A stretch of DNA of 64,000 nt from an uncultured Verrucomicrobiae bacterium (lineage in GTDB: Bacteria; Verrucomicrobiota; Verrucomicrobiia; Chthoniobacterales; UBA10450), in the NCBI GenBank assembly GCA_963735805.1, contig CAVTMK010000002.1, positions 384,001 through 448,000 of the forward strand. Reading direction: 5' to 3'. Below are positions 58,378 through 64,000 of the stretch, in pieces (the stretch's first letter is position 1; every line of letters starts with the position of its first letter). The notes below the pieces were generated by a model that worked only from the letters and a program-made list of their open reading frames with translations, was not told the origin of the DNA and made no database searches. The position numbers were made by a program, and so were the translations under genes.

Positions 58378-59679
58378 TCAAACGTTTTCTTCCGCTTCGT
58401 TGATCGGCGCTGCGCCGGTGGCGGCGACTTCGGGTGGTACCAACGGCGCACTTAACGGCGTGGACGTTTGGGATCCTAATGGTCCTTGCTTAATGCGCGT
58501 GGACATCAACATCGCGGTGAAAAGAAGAGCGGCGGCGAGATAATACGGCGCGCCCGGAAGGTGAAAAGCGTTTTTCGGATCGATGAACCATCCGAAAATT
58601 CGAAGGAATAACCATGGGCCGACGATGAACGTGATCGAACGCATGCTCTGAAGTGCGCCTTGCAGTTCGCCTTGTTCGCGCTCGCTGACGCGATGAGTCA
58701 TCATGCTTTGCGCCGCTGGCATGGAAATATTCCAAAGTGAAATGATCGGGATCGAAGCGAGTAACCACGCGCCCGTTTTAGCCAAGCCGGCGATCAACAT
58801 TCCGCTCGATCCAAAAAACTGGCCGATATAAAGCGTTCGCCTTTCGCCAAAACGTTTCACCATGAAGCCGGTCAGTCCGCCGGAAATCGCGGCAGTGACA
58901 ATTCCGACAATCATCAGCGAGAGTCCGATCATACCCTGGCTCCAGCTGTAACGATAGATCGCGTAAAGTGCCCAGACGCTAAATACATTATGCGCGAGAT
59001 ATGCGAGGAATTGGATCGTGGTCAGGCGCCAAAGTTCGTGATGAGAACGCAACAGTGTGAGGGAGCCGACAGGGTTCGCGCGCCGCAACTCGACTTTTTT
59101 TCGCTGATTTTGCGCCAACGATTCCGGAACGAAGAAGTAACCCCAGAGCCAGTTCATTAGACTGAGAACCGCTGCAATCCAAAACGCCAGCCGAGGACTA
59201 ACATCGCCCGCCAATCCACCAATCGCCGGACCGAAGGTGAATCCGATTCCGAATGCCACGCCGATAAGGCCAAACGCTCCTGCCCGTTTTTCCTTCGGTG
59301 TGACGTCGGCGATGTAAGCCATCGCGGTCGGAATGCTTGAAGTCGTGATTCCCGAAATGACTCGGCCGAGGAAAAGCCAGCTCAATGTCGGTGCCATCGC
59401 CATCACAATGTAATCCAATCCGAGACCCAGATTTGAGAGCAGAATAATCGGACGTCTCCCAAATCGATCGGACAAAACGCCGAGCAAGGGCGAAAAGAAA
59501 AACTGCATCAGCGCGAAGACCACAGCGAACCGGGCGCTCCATTTTGCCGCATCGGTCATCTCGCCGCCGAGAAAATCCAGAATCAGTTTGGGCAAAACGG
59601 GGATGATCAAACCCATCGCCAGAATGTCGAGGGTTACTGTGACGAGAATGAAAATAATGGCGGCCTTACGAGATTTCAT
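58378..59679 (-). CDS. TetA-like MFS efflux transporter
   Basis: LD....GLIIPVLP, G.LSDRFGRRP, GR.ISG, AYIADVT and GP.IGG motifs; about 12 TM segments. Confidence 0.92.
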   Translation of the reverse strand: MKSRKAAIIFILVTVTLDILAMGLIIPVLPKLILDFLGGEMTDAAKWSARFAVVFALMQFFFSPLLGVLSDRFGRRPIILLSNLGLGLDYIVMAMAPTLSWLFLGRVISGITTSSIPTAMAYIADVTPKEKRAGAFGLIGVAFGIGFTFGPAIGGLAGDVSPRLAFWIAAVLSLMNWLWGYFFVPESLAQNQRKKVELRRANPVGSLTLLRSHHELWRLTTIQFLAYLAHNVFSVWALYAIYRYSWSQGMIGLSLMIVGIVTAAISGGLTGFMVKRFGERRTLYIGQFFGSSGMLIAGLAKTGAWLLASIPIISLWNISMPAAQSMMTHRVSEREQGELQGALQSMRSITFIVGPWLFLRIFGWFIDPKNAFHLPGAPYYLAAALLFTAMLMSTRIKQGPLGSQTSTPLSAPLVPPEVAATGAAPINEAEENV

Positions 59680-59834
59680 TACGCGATCGACAACTGTAGA
59701 GGTGGCTGTGTCAGCCGCAAAATTCAAATCGTGGAGGCCAGAAATCCCGGCGCCAGAAAACTAGTGCTAATATGTGAGTCGGTTCGCAATTCTGCGACTC
59801 TCTCATCGTTCAGTGAAAACGGAACGCGAGTGGG

Positions 59835-59939
59835 GGTGGATCGTTTTCATAAGCAATGCCAAAGCGATTGTCGCAAGCGCAAATATCAGACGACGCAGCC
59901 GCGCATTTCATCAACGCATTGAGGACAACGCGTTCCATC
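59835..59939. repeat. Degenerate GGTGGA-bounded element
   Basis: GGTGGATCG ... CAACGCATTGAGGACAACGCGTTCCATC. Confidence 0.65.
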
Positions 59940-59954
59940 TCGTTATTTTGCACG

Positions 59955-60473
59955 ATGATGCGCGTCTCCTATCTGTCCCCAAAAACTGGGGTGCGCGAGA
60001 GTAAAATCCACGGGCGCGGTTTGTTTGCCATGGCCGATATTGCGAAGGATGAGATCGTCGCGGTGAAAGGCGGACGAATTGTTGTTGGAAAAACTCTGCG
60101 GGAAAAGATCACGCCACGGCTTGGGCCAGTGGAAATTCAGATCGACGATAATTTGTTCATTACGCCAGTAACAGACGAAGAGCGCGAGCTATCGATGTTG
60201 TATTCGAATCACTCGTGCGATGCGAATCTAGGAATGCGTGGTGAGATCATCTTCGTAGCAATGCGCGATATCCGCGCCGGTGAAGAACTCACGCACGATT
60301 GGGCGACGACAGACAACGATGATTACTCCGTTGAATGCAAATGCGGCGCGCCTAATTGCCGCAAAATTCTGACTGGCAAAGACTGGCAGCGGCCGGATTT
60401 GCAGGAGCGCTATGCGGGCTATTTCTCCGCCTATCTGGCGCGAAAAATCGCAGCGCTCGATACGGAGGGTTAA
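59955..60473 (+). CDS. SET-domain protein-lysine methyltransferase with post-SET Cys motif
   Basis: S.IHGRGLFA, NHSCDAN, RDI.AGEELT.D and CKCGAPNCR. Confidence 0.92.
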   Translation: MMRVSYLSPKTGVRESKIHGRGLFAMADIAKDEIVAVKGGRIVVGKTLREKITPRLGPVEIQIDDNLFITPVTDEERELSMLYSNHSCDANLGMRGEIIFVAMRDIRAGEELTHDWATTDNDDYSVECKCGAPNCRKILTGKDWQRPDLQERYAGYFSAYLARKIAALDTEG

Positions 60474-60496
60474 AAAACTGGCAGATCTACGCTAAC

Positions 60497-60838
60497 ATGT
60501 ACGAGCACCGAAAACAGCCTCTTATCAGCACGGCCAAATTTCTCAAGCGCGTTGCGCGGCACTGGCTGGCAGGATTTGGAGTTCTGGCTTTTGGCCTTGG
60601 CGTCGGCATTCTCGGGTATCATTATATTGCCGGCTTGAGCTGGATCGATTCACTCCTCAATGCGTCCATGATCCTCGGCGGAATGGGTCCAGTGGATCCC
60701 TTGAAGACCAACGCCGCGAAAATCTTCGCGTCGGGTTACGCTTTATTTGCAGGCCTGGCATTCATCGGCATCGTATCAGTGCTGCTCGCACCGTTCGTTC
60801 ATCGCCTGCTGCATCGCGTTCATGCTGAAGAGCAGTGA
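60497..60838 (+). CDS. Small membrane protein (2-TM, channel-like pore segment)
   Basis: MYEHR..PL, W.DSLLNASMILGGMGPV and KIFAS.YALF. Confidence 0.75.
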   Translation: MYEHRKQPLISTAKFLKRVARHWLAGFGVLAFGLGVGILGYHYIAGLSWIDSLLNASMILGGMGPVDPLKTNAAKIFASGYALFAGLAFIGIVSVLLAPFVHRLLHRVHAEEQ

Positions 60839-60865
60839 GTCCAGGTATTCTTTGAAGCTCTTAGA

Positions 60866-61219
60866 ATGAAAAACTTTCTATCACTTGTACTCGTTACAGC
60901 GACCATTCTGACGGCGATGGCAGGTTGTGCCCAGATAAAGAGGCCGGCGGCGCAGGTCAGTGCGGCTACGGTTGGTTTGCGTTTCGATCAAATTGGTTCG
61001 GTTTCGCTGTACGCCGGTGAGCCTTGCACTCCGCAAATTATGTTCGATTTTCACGGCACCCGATCAACGACGTGGCTGGCGGCGCCGAGACGTGAAACGC
61101 AAATCCTGACCGAGGCCGCAAGCAAACACCACCCTGTCCATATTCTGGGAAAATGGCGACATGGGGTGCAGTCGCCATGTAGCTACGTCGAAGTTACAGA
61201 CGCGGAACTAACCAGATGA
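60866..61219 (+). CDS. Hypothetical lipoprotein
   Basis: Lipobox MAGC after a hydrophobic stretch. Confidence 0.65.
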   Translation: MKNFLSLVLVTATILTAMAGCAQIKRPAAQVSAATVGLRFDQIGSVSLYAGEPCTPQIMFDFHGTRSTTWLAAPRRETQILTEAASKHHPVHILGKWRHGVQSPCSYVEVTDAELTR

Positions 61220-61311
61220 ATCCCAGGTAAATGGAAAAAACCCGCGGAAGTTCGGGGCGACTCACAATTCCGTACTCGCCTGCCGTTCGGCCAAAACGCT
61301 ATTCACCGCAA

Positions 61312-62742
61312 TCAATAGCGATAATTCTCTGATTTATAGGGGCCGTCGATTGGAACGCCGAGGTAATCGGCTTGCTTCCGGGAGAGCTTTGTGAGCTTCA
61401 CGCCGATTTTTTCCAGGTGCAGACGTGCGACTTCTTCATCGAGTTTTTTTGGTAAGACGTAAACCCCAACCTTGTAAGTGTCGCGATTTTTCCAGAGATC
61501 CAGCTGAGCCAGGACTTGATTGGAAAATGAATTCGACATGACAAAGCTTGGATGCCCGGTGGCGCATCCGAGGTTTACTAGCCGGCCTTCTGCGAGAAGG
61601 AAAATCTCGTGACCATCCGGAAATGTATATTTGTCTACCTGAGGTTTTATGTTGGTTTTCTTCACACCTTTGGCTGCGTTGAGCGCATCTACCTGAATCT
61701 CATTGTCGAAGTGACCGATGTTGGCGACGATTGCCTGGTCTTTCATTCGCTGCATATGATCAAGTGTGATTACGTCAATGTTCCCGCTCGCCGTGATATA
61801 AACCTCACCGCGACCGAGCGTATCTTCGATAGTCGTCACTTCATAGCCTTCCATCGCGGCTTGCAGTGCATTGATTGGATCAATCTCAGCGATGACAACA
61901 CGCGCGCCCTGACCGCGTAATGATTGTGCGCACCCTTTGCCGACATCGCCGTAACCGCAGACTACCGCAATCTTTCCGGCGAGCATCACGTCCATCGCGC
62001 GATTCAAGCCATCAACCAGCGAATGGCGGCAACCGTAAAGATTATCGAACTTCGATTTGGTGACGGAATCATTCACATTGATCGCCGGAACAAGCAGGTG
62101 GTTTTCCTGAAACATCTTGTAGAGCCGATGCACGCCGGTCGTAGTCTCTTCGGAAACGCCCCGCCAATCCTTTACAATCTCGTGCCAGCGGTAGGGATTC
62201 TCACGATGAATTTCGAGCAGCAAATCCTTGATGACCTGTTCCTCCTTGTTTTCCGATTTCGTCTTTGCCCAATCGCTGCCTTCTTCGAGTTCGTATCCCT
62301 TATGAATAAGCAACGTGGCGTCTCCGCCGTCATCGACTACCAGTTGTGGGCCTTTGCCCTCGGGAAAAGAAATCGCGCGATACGTGCAACGCCAGTAATC
62401 CTCAAGCGATTCGCCTTTCCATGCGAACACGGATATGCCGCGCTTTGCAATCGCTGCCGCAGCATGATCCTGCGTCGAAAAGATATTGCAGCTCGCCCAG
62501 CGGACGCTCGCCCCAAGATCGGTCAGCGTTTCAATCAACACCGCCGTTTGGATCGTCATGTGCAATGACCCCGTGATACGTACGCCTGAGAGCGGTTTCT
62601 GTGGCGCGTATTTTTCGCGGATCGCCATCAGGCCCGGCATTTCCTCCTCGGCGATGGAAATTTCCTTGCGGCCAAAGTCTGCAAGACTGATGTCTTTGAC
62701 TCTGTAATCTGTTTTCGTGTCTTCGATTGTTGTCGTGTCCAT
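61312..62742 (-). CDS. ahcY: Adenosylhomocysteinase
   Basis: [37 protein letters not shown] and GHPSFVMS motifs; start MDTTT at 62742. Confidence 0.97.
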   Translation of the reverse strand: MDTTTIEDTKTDYRVKDISLADFGRKEISIAEEEMPGLMAIREKYAPQKPLSGVRITGSLHMTIQTAVLIETLTDLGASVRWASCNIFSTQDHAAAAIAKRGISVFAWKGESLEDYWRCTYRAISFPEGKGPQLVVDDGGDATLLIHKGYELEEGSDWAKTKSENKEEQVIKDLLLEIHRENPYRWHEIVKDWRGVSEETTTGVHRLYKMFQENHLLVPAINVNDSVTKSKFDNLYGCRHSLVDGLNRAMDVMLAGKIAVVCGYGDVGKGCAQSLRGQGARVVIAEIDPINALQAAMEGYEVTTIEDTLGRGEVYITASGNIDVITLDHMQRMKDQAIVANIGHFDNEIQVDALNAAKGVKKTNIKPQVDKYTFPDGHEIFLLAEGRLVNLGCATGHPSFVMSNSFSNQVLAQLDLWKNRDTYKVGVYVLPKKLDEEVARLHLEKIGVKLTKLSRKQADYLGVPIDGPYKSENYRY

Positions 62743-62764
62743 GGTTTTAAGTCTTAGTCTTGAA

Positions 62765-63940
62765 TTATTGTGCCGCGGCGCGCAGCTCATCTGTCTTGTT
62801 TGCTTTTTCCCAGGTGATATCCGGATCATCGATCTTCCCAAAGTGGCCGTAGTTGGTCGTTTTTGAGTAAATCGGGCGTAGCAAGTCGAGTTGTTGAACG
62901 ATCTCAGCAGGCTTGAAATTGAAAGTTGCCAGCACGGCGCGTTCGATTGCGGCTTCGTCCACCGTGTTTGTGCCAAATGTGTCGACGTGAACACTAAGCG
63001 GTTTGGGATGTCCGATTGCATAAGCGAATTGTACTTCGCATTTCTTTGCCAGCCCTGCTGCGACGACGTTTTTCGCCACCCATCGCGCCATGTAGGCGGC
63101 GCTGCGATCGACTTTGCTGGGATCTTTCCCTGAAAAAGCTCCGCCTCCGTGCCGCCCCATTCCACCGTAGGAATCGACAATAATTTTGCGGCCAGTGAGC
63201 CCGGTGTCGCCTTGTGGGCCGCCAACAACGAAATTACCAGTGGGATTCACTAGAAAGTGCGTCTCATTGCTTAACATGTCGGCAGGCAAAACTTTTTTGA
63301 TGACTTCCTCGATGATAAAGCTGCGAATTTCCGAGTGCTTTACATCCCGGCTGTGTTGGGTGGAAAGGACCACGCACGAAATTCCGATCGGCTTTCCATT
63401 TTCGTAGATCACGGACACCTGCGATTTGGCGTCCGGACGCAACCAACCCACTTTCCCGCTTTTGCGAAGGCGAGTGAGCTCACGACCCAAGCGATGCGCG
63501 AACATGATCGGCGCCGGCATCAATTCCGGTGTCTCGTTGCACGCGTAACCGAACATCAACCCCTGGTCGCCTGCGCCTTGTTCGGCAGTCTCCTTGCCAT
63601 CAGCCGCGCGTGCATCCACGCCCTGCGCGATGTCGGGAGACTGCTTGGTAATGATGTTGGAGACGAAAATTTTGTCGGCGTGAAAAACATCATCATCATT
63701 CACGTACCCGATCTCGCGTACAGTATCGCGAACGATCTGGACGTAATCGAGTTTCGCCTTGGTGGTAATTTCTCCGCCTACAATCACAATGTTGCTCTTC
63801 GCGTAGGTCTCACAGGCCACGCGACTGTGGCGATCTTGCGCGAGACAGGCATCGAGGACGGAATCAGAAATCGTATCACAAACTTTGTCGGGATGACCTT
63901 CCCCGACCGATTCGGAAGAGAAAATGTAGCGACGTGGCAT
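62765..63940 (-). CDS. metK: S-adenosylmethionine synthetase
   Basis: SESV.EGHPDK, GAGDQG, PDAKSQV and [14 protein letters not shown] motifs. Confidence 0.97.
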   Translation of the reverse strand: MPRRYIFSSESVGEGHPDKVCDTISDSVLDACLAQDRHSRVACETYAKSNIVIVGGEITTKAKLDYVQIVRDTVREIGYVNDDDVFHADKIFVSNIITKQSPDIAQGVDARAADGKETAEQGAGDQGLMFGYACNETPELMPAPIMFAHRLGRELTRLRKSGKVGWLRPDAKSQVSVIYENGKPIGISCVVLSTQHSRDVKHSEIRSFIIEEVIKKVLPADMLSNETHFLVNPTGNFVVGGPQGDTGLTGRKIIVDSYGGMGRHGGGAFSGKDPSKVDRSAAYMARWVAKNVVAAGLAKKCEVQFAYAIGHPKPLSVHVDTFGTNTVDEAAIERAVLATFNFKPAEIVQQLDLLRPIYSKTTNYGHFGKIDDPDITWEKANKTDELRAAAQ

Positions 63941-64000
63941 GGTTGAAGAACGTTAAGCGTTGAAGGGTTGAAACGTTAAAGCAGTCGACCACCAGAGGTG

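Noticed and set aside
58378..59679. Acquired tetracycline-resistance gene
   Set aside because: Only family-level MFS motifs are seen, with no tetR or mobile context.
62743..63228. N-terminal 161-aa extension of AhcY in the ORF track
   Set aside because: It overlaps metK in another frame; homology starts at MDTTT (62742).
63941..64000. SAM/SAH riboswitch upstream of metK
   Set aside because: Only 60 nt are available and no recognisable aptamer is present.

Overview
Bacterial chromosomal window. Gene content and repeat style suggest a soil Verrucomicrobium of the Chthoniobacterales / Ca. Udaeobacter type (inference, not searched). It has two halves. (1) About 1-30.8 kb is an array of 13 genes or remnants for secreted proteins: BNR/Asp-box and other beta-propellers, Kelch, Ig-like modules and a subtilase. 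Twelve end in the same short, non-hydrophobic Arg/Pro tail (consensus PRxRPTPxPRP[T/S]PP-stop), usually after a Pro/Thr linker; in two genes the tail is reached only across a 1-bp frameshift and in the remnant it is degenerate. Many also share an MKKKS..SAFF.LRVL leader, a TTGACA-N18-TAnAAG promoter and a conserved 3' hairpin cassette, and their domains are shuffled between paralogues. This is the best candidate for an undescribed surface-display or sorting system. (2) About 30.9-64 kb is mostly housekeeping: an ATP-citrate-lyase-like pair, a cyclase/GIY-YIG deletion scar, ABC permease, pdxA, TPR membrane protein, SurA-like PPIase, mfd, DAHP synthase, L,D-transpeptidase, S9 peptidase, CDGSH protein, amidohydrolase, maf, glpX, a three-domain CapA fusion, a metal-binding locus, Tet-like MFS, SET protein, ahcY and metK. 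At least four families of short palindromic repeats are dispersed through the window, and several sit in frame inside genes. No rRNA, tRNA, CRISPR array or transposase was recognised.
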